Notes under the pieces: generated by a model
Told to the model about the DNA's origin: nothing
The model's database searches: none
Seen by the model: the letters and a program-made list of their open reading frames with translations, nothing else
In this document: positions 54,281 to 64,000 of the stretch, in pieces
How the letters are laid out: each line of letters begins with the position of its first letter
Position numbering within the stretch: the stretch's first letter is position 1
DNA from: Prevotella sp.
GTDB lineage: Bacteria; Bacteroidota; Bacteroidia; Bacteroidales; Dysgonomonadaceae
Direction of reading: 5' to 3'
Assembly: GCA_031285625.1 (NCBI GenBank)
Contig: JAITVV010000029.1
Location: 38,875 to 102,874, forward strand
Length of the DNA stretch: 64,000 nucleotides
Program-made: the position numbers and the translations under genes

Positions 54281-56092
54281 TTACGAAAACTTAGGTTTAC
54301 GCCCGCCTTTGCGTTGGCTTTTGTCAGATGGTTTTGAAGATGATCTTGATTTGAAATCAGAATTTCTTCTAGGACCTCTGTCTCTATCGGAGCGTGAAGC
54401 ACCAAAGCCTCCGCGACTTCCTGAGCGTTCGCCTGATCCGCCTCCTTGTGCAACTTCAACAGAAATACGGCGGCCATTCTGTTCCTGGCGGCTCATTGAT
54501 TTTATTACCTTTTGTGCATCTCTGTCAGGTACTTCAAAGAAAGAGAAGTTTTGCATAATATCGATACGTCCGATATTAACTTTTTCAGGTACAAAGTCGT
54601 TCACTAAGCCCATCAGTGTAGCCGGATTTACATTGTCTGTACGTCCGATATTAATAAATAAACGGGAGTATCCTTTTTCTGCTGTACGTCCACCTGATGA
54701 ACGGTCGGAGCGATCCCTGTCTTTGCGTCTCGGATAAGATTTGTCGTCTCGGGAGAACCTGTCGGAAGGTGTTTCTATCTCATCAGCATCCCGATAATAA
54801 TCAATTAAACGGTTGAACTCAAGGGCAACAACCCGTTTGATGATATCTTCTTTTTCGAGCCAATCGAGTTTACGGTATACAGAAGGTAAAAGATTTGAAA
54901 TCTCGTCTTCGTTCACTTTTACTTTTTCAATTCTGTCTACCAGATTAAATAATTGTTTCTCACAAATTGCCTCTCCTGAAGGGATGGCTCCTTGTTCGAA
55001 TTTCTTATTTATTATTTTCTCTATTTCTCTGATTTTTCCCTTTTCTTTTACATGGACAATGGAAATAGATGTTCCTGTTTTTCCTGCACGGCCTGTACGT
55101 CCGCTACGGTGTGTATATGATTCGATATCATCGGGCAAACCATAATTGATGACGTGTGTAAGGCTGTCTACATCCAGTCCGCGTGCCGCTACATCAGTAG
55201 CAACCAGTAGTTGAATATTATGTATGCGGAATTTCTGCATTACATAGTCACGTTGTGCTTGCGACAGGTCACCATGTAATGAATCTGCATTATAACCATC
55301 CTGTATCAGCTTATCTGCTATTTCCTGTGTTTCGCGGCGTGTGCGGCAGAAGATGATTCCGTATATATTCGGATAATAGTCTGCAATACGTTTCAGAGCA
55401 AGATATTTGTCTTTGGCATGTACCATATAATATACATGCTTCACATTGTTAGATCCTTCGTTCTTACGACCAATCGTAATTTCTTTAGGGCTCTGCATGT
55501 ATTTTTTCGTGATCTTAGCTATTTCCTTAGGCATTGTTGCCGAGAAAAGTAGCATTTGTCTGCCTTGAGGAACTTTTGATAAGATTTCATCAATACTTTC
55601 GGTGAAACCCATATTAAGCATTTCGTCAGCTTCGTCCAACACAACATATTTTACATTGCTCAGGTCAACCGTTTTACGGTTAATCAAGTCGATAAGACGT
55701 CCCGGAGTTGCAACAATAATTTGCACACCTCTTTTGAGCGATTTTATCTGACTTTCGATACTAGAACCTCCATATACAGGAAGGACTCTCAAATTATCAA
55801 TGTATTTGGAATAATCGGACAGGTCACCTGCTATTTGCAGACATAATTCGCGGGTTGGACAAAGTATCAATGCCTGAGGCACGTTTTCTTTTATCTCAAT
55901 TTTCTGTAGTACTGGTAAACCAAAAGCTGCAGTCTTTCCTGTTCCTGTTTGCGCCAGTGCTATAACGTCTGTTGTATCGCCAAGCAAGTATGGAATCACT
56001 TCTTCTTGCACAGGCATTGGGTTCTCATAACCCATTTCTTCGATTGCTTTGCGGATATTCGCTGCAACCCCTAACTCTTCAAATGTTTTCAT
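54281..56092 (-). CDS. DEAD-box RNA helicase (DeaD/CsdA-like, with DbpA RNA-binding domain)
   Basis: AQTGTGKT, PTREL, TPGR, DEAD, SAT, ARGLD and HRSGRTGRAG; Arg/Ser/Gly-rich tail. Confidence 0.95.
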   Translation of the reverse strand: MKTFEELGVAANIRKAIEEMGYENPMPVQEEVIPYLLGDTTDVIALAQTGTGKTAAFGLPVLQKIEIKENVPQALILCPTRELCLQIAGDLSDYSKYIDNLRVLPVYGGSSIESQIKSLKRGVQIIVATPGRLIDLINRKTVDLSNVKYVVLDEADEMLNMGFTESIDEILSKVPQGRQMLLFSATMPKEIAKITKKYMQSPKEITIGRKNEGSNNVKHVYYMVHAKDKYLALKRIADYYPNIYGIIFCRTRRETQEIADKLIQDGYNADSLHGDLSQAQRDYVMQKFRIHNIQLLVATDVAARGLDVDSLTHVINYGLPDDIESYTHRSGRTGRAGKTGTSISIVHVKEKGKIREIEKIINKKFEQGAIPSGEAICEKQLFNLVDRIEKVKVNEDEISNLLPSVYRKLDWLEKEDIIKRVVALEFNRLIDYYRDADEIETPSDRFSRDDKSYPRRKDRDRSDRSSGGRTAEKGYSRLFINIGRTDNVNPATLMGLVNDFVPEKVNIGRIDIMQNFSFFEVPDRDAQKVIKSMSRQEQNGRRISVEVAQGGGSGERSGSRGGFGASRSDRDRGPRRNSDFKSRSSSKPSDKSQRKGGRKPKFS

Positions 56093-56347
56093 TAAAAATT
56101 TCAAATAACTTTATGTGGAAATTAAGCCCTTTGCTTGACATACTCCCACCCCAAAATTATTCGACATAAGAGAGCTTGCCAAAAGGACGCGCAAAGGTAG
56201 TGATTAGTTTTCAAGTTTTTACAACATTTCACAATAACTTTGTGATGGTTTTAAATTTAAAGAATAAAAAATACTACTTTTGTACCTCAGTATAGAATGC
56301 ATTTTTAGAAAACTATAAAATTGAATATCAAATATAAAACAAATAAT

Positions 56348-57310
56348 ATGAAGAAATTTTTACTATTCTCTTTAGCTTTATGTGCAATGCTTAGTCCTTC
56401 GGTATTGTGTGCACAAAAAAAGACAGCTCAGAAGATTGTTGTTCCTGCAAAAGCTGCTCTTAAAACAGATGTCGATTCAGTATCCTATATGTTTGGTGCA
56501 ATGATGTACGAGCAAGGTCTTTCGATGTATCTTCAACAGTTAGGTATAGTAATAGACACTGCCGGCGTGACATCTCCTGTCAGACTGGATTCTATCATGA
56601 AGGCTAATGAAAAGAATCGTGGTGAATTTCTTCAAGGTATACAGGAGAGTATGGATGCTCCGGATACAAAAAATGCATATTTCTCAGGTTTAGCTATTGG
56701 TGGACAAATTTCAAAGCAAATGGCTCCCGGTTTATTAGAGCAGTTGTATGGTGATACAAAAACAAAGCTTAACTCTGCGGCTTTTATTTTGGCTATGTCT
56801 ACAGCTATGTCAGGTGGAGAGTTTGAAATAGAGAATCTTTCAGAAATATTTAATGACAAAATGCAAGAGGCCCAAGCTAAGGCTCAGGCTAGACAGGAAG
56901 AATCACAGAAAGCTCAATATGCTGATCATATTGCAGAAGGAGATAAGTTTATGGCAGAGAATAAGACAAAAGACGGTGTTGTTACTTTGCCGGACGGATT
57001 ACAATATAAAGTGATAACTGAAGGGACGGGTGCAAAACCGACTGCTACTGATCGTGTGAAAGTTCATTATCATGGTACATTGATAGATGGTACAGTTTTT
57101 GATAGTAGTGTTGAAAGAGGAGAACCGGCTACTTTTGGAGTAGGGCAGGTTATAAAAGGATGGACAGAGGCATTACAATTGATGCCTGTCGGATCAAAGT
57201 GGGTATTATACATTCCTTATGATCTGGCTTATGGCGGAAGGGATACCGGCAAAATCAAACCATTCTCTAACCTGATATTTGAAGTGGAGTTACTTGGTAT
57301 AGAAGAGTAA
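56348..57310 (+). CDS. FKBP-type peptidyl-prolyl isomerase (FkpA/Mip-like)
   Basis: Signal peptide, DSVSY, VHYHGTLIDGTVFDSS, VIKGWTEAL and LIFEVELL. Confidence 0.93.
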   Translation: MKKFLLFSLALCAMLSPSVLCAQKKTAQKIVVPAKAALKTDVDSVSYMFGAMMYEQGLSMYLQQLGIVIDTAGVTSPVRLDSIMKANEKNRGEFLQGIQESMDAPDTKNAYFSGLAIGGQISKQMAPGLLEQLYGDTKTKLNSAAFILAMSTAMSGGEFEIENLSEIFNDKMQEAQAKAQARQEESQKAQYADHIAEGDKFMAENKTKDGVVTLPDGLQYKVITEGTGAKPTATDRVKVHYHGTLIDGTVFDSSVERGEPATFGVGQVIKGWTEALQLMPVGSKWVLYIPYDLAYGGRDTGKIKPFSNLIFEVELLGIEE

Positions 57311-57326
57311 TTAGTGAAAATATAAT

Positions 57327-57366
57327 AAAGAGCTGCCGGATCTCATATTCAGGTAGCTCTTTTTTT
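57327..57366 (+). terminator. Intrinsic terminator
   Basis: AAAGAGCTGCC...GGTAGCTCTTTTTTT. Confidence 0.7.
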
Positions 57367-57443
57367 ATCAATGTATGTTATGAATGAACTCAGAATCATA
57401 TTTATTGTTTTAGTATATAGTGAAAGAATTAATTGAAATAATT

Positions 57444-58043
57444 ATGAAAAAGATAATTTTAGTCGCCCTCATATCAATGATATTTGTCTCTTGTGGTTCT
57501 TATAGAACATTTGATCTGAACAGGTTAACCACCGGTATGACTAAGGAACAAGTTATATATACCGTAGGGGAACCACAAAGGGTATTAGCTGTTAATAATA
57601 CAAATGATGGTTATCAGGAGGTACTTGAATACAGAACTTCGAGAGATGAGGTGTATGCGTTGGAATTCTGGAATGATTATCTTACAGGATATGAGTTTTT
57701 GTATGATGATGTACAATATATAGCCCCTGCCCCTCCCCTTATTTTGCCTGATTATGGAAGGCCTATTTATGTTGGCCGTCCTAACAATCGTCCTGATAGA
57801 CCAAACCGTCCGAATCAGCCAAATAGGCCAAATGTGTCAGGTAGACCAAGTGAATCAGGAAGACCTAGCCGTCCGACAGAATCGGGTAGGCCAAGTCAGC
57901 CAAGTCGCCCGACAGAATCGAATAGACCCGAGGTAAGCCGCCCATCTACAAGGCCGGCTGAAAGTGGGCGTGAGTCTTCCCGTCCTACAAATACGAATAC
58001 CGGAAGAGAGTCTACCAGAACTGAAACTAATCCAAGAAGGTAA
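57444..58043 (+). CDS. Lipoprotein with a BamE/OsmE-like N-domain and a disordered Arg-Pro repeat tail
   Basis: Lipobox FVSC; LTTGMTKEQVIYTVGEP; more than 10 RP(N/S/T/D/E/A) units. Confidence 0.75.
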   Translation: MKKIILVALISMIFVSCGSYRTFDLNRLTTGMTKEQVIYTVGEPQRVLAVNNTNDGYQEVLEYRTSRDEVYALEFWNDYLTGYEFLYDDVQYIAPAPPLILPDYGRPIYVGRPNNRPDRPNRPNQPNRPNVSGRPSESGRPSRPTESGRPSQPSRPTESNRPEVSRPSTRPAESGRESSRPTNTNTGRESTRTETNPRR

Positions 58044-58061
58044 TAGAATAAATGAGACGAA

Positions 58062-58098
58062 AACGGCAGTAAGAGAATATCTTACTGCCGTTCTTTTT
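58062..58098. terminator. Bidirectional terminator
   Basis: AACGGCAGTAAGA...TCTTACTGCCGTT followed by a T-run. Confidence 0.8.
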
Positions 58099-58127
58099 AT
58101 AAACCAACTTATATAATATATTATCAG

Positions 58128-58373
58128 CTATTTAACTGGTTTGAAGTTTGTATTCTTCAGATAATTCTTTATACGTTTTTCCCGGTCCAATATCGACATG
58201 CTTGCTGGAAGTTCAATCGATGTTCTTTCATCAATTTTTATACAAACCATTTCACCAAGACTTTTTTTATGATCGTTTAGCAGTTGTTTTACTTGCTCTT
58301 CCGGGCTGAGACGTTCATTTTTCTTCATAATGCGTCCTCTCACTCCAGAAGGAGCTTTTTTCTGTACATCCAT
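58128..58373 (-). CDS. Small basic hypothetical protein (81 aa)
   Basis: ATG preceded by an A-run (Bacteroidetes-type start context); flanked by its own terminators; no recognisable motif. Confidence 0.6.
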   Translation of the reverse strand: MDVQKKAPSGVRGRIMKKNERLSPEEQVKQLLNDHKKSLGEMVCIKIDERTSIELPASMSILDREKRIKNYLKNTNFKPVK

Positions 58374-58504
58374 TTTTTTTTGATTTTAGTTATGTGGTCT
58401 GGGTAAACATAACCCTTAAAGTCCAGATTAACAAATATTTTATATAAACTTTGCAAATAACAGGGTAAAGCATCGATAAATAACAAATGTTAGATATTGG
58501 TATA

Positions 58505-58543
58505 CTAAGAGCGCCTTTCAAATATTCTGAAAGGCGCTCTTAG
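58505..58543 (-). terminator. yidC terminator hairpin
   Basis: Perfect 16-bp inverted repeat CTAAGAGCGCCTTTCA...TGAAAGGCGCTCTTAG. Confidence 0.75.
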
Positions 58544-58597
58544 GTGAAATAAAATAGGGACCAGATAAATCCAGATAGATCGCTTTTTATTCAGTTA

Positions 58598-60550
58598 TTA
58601 TCTTTTCTTCTTTGTGCTATTCGATTTGTTTCTTTCATTTAATTGTTGTTGCTGAATTTTTTGTGCTTCAGCAAGACGTGCCATAAATCCTGATTTCTTT
58701 TTAGGTTTAGCTTTGTTAGCTTCCAGTTTAGCTAATACCTTATCTTCATCGATGATGAAGCGGAATGCTATCGTTAACAAGATTGTAATTAATAATGAAA
58801 GGAAATAGTAATATGTTAGCCCTGACGGATAATCATTCAACATGAATAAGAAAATGAGTGGCATCAGATACATCATCCATTTCATACCCGGCATCTGCTG
58901 CTGACCAGTGTTTGTCATTTCCATGTTGAACTTAGTATATACAATATTGGTTGCAGTCATCAGTATACAGAACAAACTAAGGTGAGTTCCTATTAATGGG
59001 ATATGATTCTTCCATTCTATGATAGCATCATATGTAGAAAGGTCGGTAGCCCATAAGAAGCTTTGTTGGCGCAACTCAATCGCATTCGGGAAGAAGGAGA
59101 ATAATGCAATCAATATCGGCATCTGTAACAGTAATGGAATACACCCACTCATCGGATTTACTCCGGCTTTGTTATAGAGAGCCATTGTTGCCTGCTGTTT
59201 CTCCATTGCCTGTTCCTGCTTCGGATACTTTTCACCTATCTCTTCTACCTGAGGGCGTAATACGCGCATTTTAGCAGAGGACATAAATGATTTGTATGTC
59301 AGAGGAGATATAATAAGTTTTACAATAATAGTTAGCAATAGTATAACGATCCCCATTGATAAACCTGTACCCTTTAGCAGATTGAAAATTGGGATCACGA
59401 AGTATTGATTTATCCAGCGGAATAGCGTCCAACCCAGAGGTACCAGTTTGTCCAGATCGAGTTGTTTGCTTGCATCATCTATGTGGCTGTCATATTTCTT
59501 AAGAAGGGAGAATGACATTGGCCCCAGATAATATGTAAATCCTGCATTCATTGTTTCGGAGGTGGCTCCTAATTTAGCAGGTACATAAATTTTGGCATCG
59601 TAATATTTCAAATACTCACTGTTTTCATCAGTAGGCAGTAATTTGGAATCGAGTAAAGCTGTTTCTATTTTCTCGTCAGCAATCAGGATGGGAGAGAAGA
59701 ATTGATTTTTGAATGCAATCCATTTAGTCGGTTCTTTCACTTCCAGCTGTTCACTTTTGTCACTGCTCAGTTCTTTTACATCTCCGCCTATATATTTGTA
59801 GCTCAGATGCGAATAGCGTTGTTCATTCTTTACGCTCTTTTCTTGTCTGCGCATTCTTTGTGACCATTGCAGTTCGAATATATCAGCTCTGTTTCTGTCC
59901 AGCATTGGCTGCAGTCCTACAAGGTTGATATCGTATTTGAGCATATAATCGTCGTCGGCAAGTTTATACACAAAATCGATGTATTGGCTGTTGGAGTATG
60001 AATAACGCATGATGAGTGAATTATCACCCTCTGTTTGTATTGGAGTAAATATCAGATTGCTTGTACTCAATACTTTTTGTTGCTTATTTGTGAGTAGAAG
60101 AGCAAACTCTGCATCATTGTTGAAGAGATACAACGAGTCGGTATTTTTTTTGTCCTCTTTGTTATAGCTCATGTACTCTTTAAGCTGAACACTTACCATT
60201 TTTCCCCCTTTGGTAGAAAAAACAGCTTTTACTTTACTGTTTTCGAGGGTGAGAAGCTGTTCCGGCTGTTGATTGGCAGATTGCAGAGAATCTAATGCTG
60301 AAGAAGTGCTATCGTTTTGTTGAACAGGAACAGCAAAAAAATCGTCAACTTTGTTTTCTTTTACGTCTGCAGTAGAATCCGGTTTGCTACTTTCCTGCTC
60401 TCTAAGAAGAGTTTGAGCATATTCAATAGAATCTTTCCGGTGTTGCTCTTTTTGTCGTTCAATGTCTTCCGCTGAAGGCCTGCTCAGTAATGTAAATCCA
60501 ATAATTACGGCTGCAATGAGTACAAACCCTGTAATCGTATTCTTGTCCAT
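58598..60550 (-). CDS. yidC: Membrane protein insertase YidC
   Basis: MDKNT, periplasmic domain, GCIPLLLQMP, IELRQQSFLWATDLS and PSGLTYYY. Confidence 0.95.
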   Translation of the reverse strand: MDKNTITGFVLIAAVIIGFTLLSRPSAEDIERQKEQHRKDSIEYAQTLLREQESSKPDSTADVKENKVDDFFAVPVQQNDSTSSALDSLQSANQQPEQLLTLENSKVKAVFSTKGGKMVSVQLKEYMSYNKEDKKNTDSLYLFNNDAEFALLLTNKQQKVLSTSNLIFTPIQTEGDNSLIMRYSYSNSQYIDFVYKLADDDYMLKYDINLVGLQPMLDRNRADIFELQWSQRMRRQEKSVKNEQRYSHLSYKYIGGDVKELSSDKSEQLEVKEPTKWIAFKNQFFSPILIADEKIETALLDSKLLPTDENSEYLKYYDAKIYVPAKLGATSETMNAGFTYYLGPMSFSLLKKYDSHIDDASKQLDLDKLVPLGWTLFRWINQYFVIPIFNLLKGTGLSMGIVILLLTIIVKLIISPLTYKSFMSSAKMRVLRPQVEEIGEKYPKQEQAMEKQQATMALYNKAGVNPMSGCIPLLLQMPILIALFSFFPNAIELRQQSFLWATDLSTYDAIIEWKNHIPLIGTHLSLFCILMTATNIVYTKFNMEMTNTGQQQMPGMKWMMYLMPLIFLFMLNDYPSGLTYYYFLSLLITILLTIAFRFIIDEDKVLAKLEANKAKPKKKSGFMARLAEAQKIQQQQLNERNKSNSTKKKR

Positions 60551-60588
60551 CTATAGTCTTTATAAGTGTTATTATAATCCTTTCAATT

Positions 60589-62202
60589 TTATTTTTTACC
60601 CTTGTTTTCGATAACAGCCTTTATAAAACTTATAAATAATGGATTAGGAGAAACAACCGTACTATTGTATTCCGGATGGAATTGTACCCCTAAAAACCAT
60701 TTTTTACCAGGAATTTCAACTACTTCAACCAGTCCCATTTCAGGGTTTATTCCGGTACATTTCATTCCCTTCTTTTCAAAGTCTTCTCTGAAATCATTAT
60801 TAAACTCAAAACGGTGGCGGTGGCGTTCTTCAATTAGTTTCTTGCCGTATGCCTTATACACCAACGAGCCCTTTTCCAATTCACATTTATATGCACCTAG
60901 ACGCATGGTTCCTCCCATGTTGGTAATGTTTTTTTGCTCTTCCATCAAGTCTATGACTTTGAATGGAGTATGAGGATTCATTTCTGTCGAATTGGCTTCT
61001 TCGAGTCCTAAAACATTCCGGGCGAATTCAACTACCATACATTGCATACCCAGACATACGCCGAAAGTAGGAACATCGTGTTCCCGAGCGTATTTCAAGG
61101 CGTGAATTTTCCCGTCGATACCTCTTTGTCCAAAACCCGGTGCAATAAGTATGCCATCCATTGATAATAGGGTCTTTTCAACATTCTCTTCGGTCAGTTT
61201 GTCAGAAAGGATAAAATGAAGGTCTAGTTTCCGTTCGTTATATGTAGCTGCTTGCAACAGGGATTCATTGATAGATTTGTAAGCATCGGGCAACTCTGTG
61301 TATTTACCCACTAGCCCGATCCGTATAGTTTCTTTGGCATGTTTCTTTTTGTCAAGGAAGTCGCGCCATGGCTGCATAAGAGGCTTTTCGTCAATTGGCA
61401 TGCCCAGTTTGCGTAATACTATTTCGTCCATATTCTGATCCTGCATCCTCAATGGTACTTCATAAATAGTAGATACATCCACAGACTGAACTACTGCGTC
61501 TACTTCTACATTACAGAATAAGGCAACCTTGCGCAGAATATCTTTATTTAAAGGGTGCTCTGTGCGTAGTACCAACAAATCGGGTTGCACTCCTTCTGCT
61601 TGAAGTTGTTTTACAGAATGCTGTGTAGGCTTGGTTTTTACCTCTTTGGCTGCGGCTATGTACGGAACATAAGTAAGATGAACGCATAAGCAATTTTTAC
61701 CAAGTTCCCAACGTAGCTGGCGTACACTTTCTATAAACGGAAGTGATTCTATGTCGCCTACTGTTCCTCCAATCTCGGTAATTACAAAATCATAATTATA
61801 TTTTGTACCCAACATTTTTATGTTGCGCTTTATTTCATCAGTAATATGTGGTACAATCTGAACGGTTTTTCCCAGATAATCACCTTTCCGTTCCTTATTG
61901 ATCACATTTTGATAAATGCGACCTGTAGTAATATTGTTATCTTTATGTGTTGGCTGGTTTAGGAAACGTTCGTAGTGTCCCAAGTCCAGATCGGCTTCAT
62001 GCCCGTCAACGGTGACATAGCACTCTCCATGCTCATAAGGATTTAATGTACCCGGGTCAATGTTGATATAAGGATCCAGTTTTTGAATTGTCACTTTATA
62101 ACCCCTTGCTTGTAGTAATTTGCCTAACGAGGAGGCTATAATACCTTTACCTAAGGAAGATATAACTCCTCCTGTAACAAATATATACTTCGTATTAGCC
62201 AC
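60589..62202 (-). CDS. pyrG: CTP synthase
   Basis: TKYIFVTGGVISSLGKG, GVCLGMQ, RHRHRFE and QFHPE; GTG start at 62202 is likely. Confidence 0.98.
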   Translation of the reverse strand: MANTKYIFVTGGVISSLGKGIIASSLGKLLQARGYKVTIQKLDPYINIDPGTLNPYEHGECYVTVDGHEADLDLGHYERFLNQPTHKDNNITTGRIYQNVINKERKGDYLGKTVQIVPHITDEIKRNIKMLGTKYNYDFVITEIGGTVGDIESLPFIESVRQLRWELGKNCLCVHLTYVPYIAAAKEVKTKPTQHSVKQLQAEGVQPDLLVLRTEHPLNKDILRKVALFCNVEVDAVVQSVDVSTIYEVPLRMQDQNMDEIVLRKLGMPIDEKPLMQPWRDFLDKKKHAKETIRIGLVGKYTELPDAYKSINESLLQAATYNERKLDLHFILSDKLTEENVEKTLLSMDGILIAPGFGQRGIDGKIHALKYAREHDVPTFGVCLGMQCMVVEFARNVLGLEEANSTEMNPHTPFKVIDLMEEQKNITNMGGTMRLGAYKCELEKGSLVYKAYGKKLIEERHRHRFEFNNDFREDFEKKGMKCTGINPEMGLVEVVEIPGKKWFLGVQFHPEYNSTVVSPNPLFISFIKAVIENKGKK

Positions 62203-62422
62203 GACTTTACGTTTTATGTTTTTAGTATCCAAAAAGAAAGCACAAAAGTAAGAAAAATATTTGGATACTCATTGCAAAAACGCAATAGCCAAAGGTGCTA
62301 AATGAAAATATTTATTAAAGTTTTATCTTCTTCTTTGTTCATACTTCTTTTTGTTGCAAGGGCGACTCTTTTTCAATATATTGACACCAGATTTGCGTGT
62401 TTATTAAAAATAAATTTTAACG

Positions 62423-63568
62423 ATGGCTGTCGAACGTTTTAATATTCATATTGAGCAGGAGATACTTGATGATTTGAAATACAGACTGGCTCATGCCCGC
62501 TGGCCCGAAGAATTATCGGAAACAAATTGGGAATACGGTATCCCGAAAGATTATCTATATTCACTTCTGTCGTATTGGAAAGATCATTTCGATTGGCGCA
62601 AACAGGAGTCCGAATTGAATAAGTTTTCTCATTTTCGCTGTAAAATAGATGGGATAGATATTCACTTTGTGTATGAACGGGGAAAAGGAATAAATCCTAT
62701 TCCGATAATTCTTACTCATGGATGGCCAGACAGTTTCATTCGTTACCAAAAGATAATACCGCTCCTTACTGATCCCGCAAACTATGGTGGTAATCCGGAA
62801 GATTCTTTCGATGTAATAATACCTTCTGTACCCGGGTTCGGATTTTCAGGCATTCCGGTAGAGAAAGGATTTAATAACTCTCGTATTGCTGATATGTGGT
62901 CAACCCTGATGACAGAAGAATTGGGCTACAAAAAGTTTGCTGCAGCAGGAGGAGACGTCGGTTCCAGTGTTACCAGATACCTTGCACTCAAACATCCGGA
63001 GGAATTGATAGCGATCCACCTGACTGATATAGGTATAATTAGAAGCCTGTTGATAAAGCAGGATATTTCCGGGCTTTCTCATGATGAATTGCTGTACAGG
63101 AAAAATGCTGAAGAGTGGATTGCGGGAGAAGGTGCATATATGGCGATTCAATCAACGAAACCATTGACTCTTGCCTATGGCTTGTCCGATTCTCCGATAG
63201 GCATGACGGCATGGATTATTGAGAAATTCTGTGCATGGAGTGATAGCAATGGGCATATTCCTAAAAAAATGGATATGGATGAGATATTAACCAATATTAT
63301 GATCTACTGGGCTACGAACACGGTTGGGTCAGCAGCCCGGTTATATTATGAGAATACTCATTCATTGCCTCCCTTGGGTTATATTGATGTCCCAACAGCT
63401 GTAGCTCTCTTTCCGGCAGATATATTACCACCTCCTAAAGACTGGGCTGAACAAAACCTAAATATAACCAGATGGACTGAAATGCCGGAAGGGGGGCACT
63501 TTACTGCTATGGAGGATTCTTTATCTTTGGCCGAAGATATCCGCTCATTTTACAGACAGTTCAGATAA
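62423..63568 (+). CDS. Epoxide hydrolase (microsomal-type alpha/beta hydrolase)
   Basis: EHN N-domain (DLKYRL..FDWRKQE), HGWP, PSVPGFGFS, GGDVG, DSPIG and GGHF. Confidence 0.9.
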   Translation: MAVERFNIHIEQEILDDLKYRLAHARWPEELSETNWEYGIPKDYLYSLLSYWKDHFDWRKQESELNKFSHFRCKIDGIDIHFVYERGKGINPIPIILTHGWPDSFIRYQKIIPLLTDPANYGGNPEDSFDVIIPSVPGFGFSGIPVEKGFNNSRIADMWSTLMTEELGYKKFAAAGGDVGSSVTRYLALKHPEELIAIHLTDIGIIRSLLIKQDISGLSHDELLYRKNAEEWIAGEGAYMAIQSTKPLTLAYGLSDSPIGMTAWIIEKFCAWSDSNGHIPKKMDMDEILTNIMIYWATNTVGSAARLYYENTHSLPPLGYIDVPTAVALFPADILPPPKDWAEQNLNITRWTEMPEGGHFTAMEDSLSLAEDIRSFYRQFR

Positions 63569-63658
63569 AACAAATAGTTACATTTCAATGTTTTTACTCC
63601 TAATTATCGGCAAAAATTCGTTTAAGATATTATATATTCAATATTTTTGTGCTAAATT

Positions 63659-63683
63659 TGCACACTTGTAATATTTGTGTGCA
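63659..63683. promoter_or_regulatory. Candidate TetR operator overlapping a -7 box
   Basis: TGCACAC-N11-GTGTGCA, overlapping the end of TAAATTTG (63653-63660). Confidence 0.5.
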
Positions 63684-63694
63684 TTTTTTGAAGT

Positions 63695-64000
63695 ATGGCA
63701 ATAAATAAAACACGAAATATATTAATTGATGTAGCCCGTCAGTTATTTGCAAAGTTGGGAGTGGAAAATACAACCATGAATGATATTGCTGTGGCTTCCC
63801 ATAAGGGACGCCGTACGCTTTATACATACTTCAATAATAAGAATGAAGTCTATCAGGCTGTACTGGAAACAGAATTAGACCAGATGTATCATGCACTGCA
63901 AACTGTTGCAAATAAGAAACTTCCTGCTGACGAAAAACTTCTGTTATTCTTCTATACCCGTTTTGATGCTGTTAAGAATGTGGTTGCGCGAAACGGTACA
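63695..64000 (+). CDS. TetR/AcrR family regulator, runs off the window end (absent from the ORF track)
   Basis: Read by hand: MAINKTRNILIDVARQLFAKLGVENTTMNDIAVASHKGRRTLYTYFNNKNEV..., a TetR HTH; frame open to the end. Confidence 0.9.
   Translation, partial: MAINKTRNILIDVARQLFAKLGVENTTMNDIAVASHKGRRTLYTYFNNKNEVYQAVLETELDQMYHALQTVANKKLPADEKLLLFFYTRFDAVKNVVARNGT

Noticed and set aside
57770-58000. Possible CRISPR or tandem DNA array
   Set aside because: The periodicity is codon-level Arg-Pro repetition; there are no identical repeats separated by spacers.

Overview
Core chromosomal region of a Bacteroidales bacterium; gene content, AT-rich intergenics and TAnnTTTG promoter boxes suggest Dysgonomonas or a relative (inference). 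It runs from the tail of a glycan-utilisation locus (GH3, GH5) through xerD, ispG, a Ca2+ P-type ATPase, guaB, a PPIase/SurA/OstA/mutL cluster, a complete dcw cluster (mraZ to ftsZ-yqeY), hisS, an SsuA/THI5-like ABC transporter, dxs-trkA-trkH, a DEAD-box helicase, FKBP, yidC, pyrG, an epoxide hydrolase and a truncated TetR gene. I saw no rRNA, tRNA, CRISPR, IS or prophage. Most notable: (1) a signal-less GH16 with an altered catalytic motif, translationally coupled between murC and ftsQ; (2) a ~50-bp three-box intergenic motif in three copies, each pointing at a transport-related operon; (3) a 13-bp palindrome in five copies, three of them abutting dcw stop codons; (4) four 11-bp-phased DnaA-box-like 9-mers upstream of the MraZ boxes; (5) a REP/MITE-like hairpin; (6) a T9SS-secreted LamG-metallophosphoesterase with three SusE/F-like modules.
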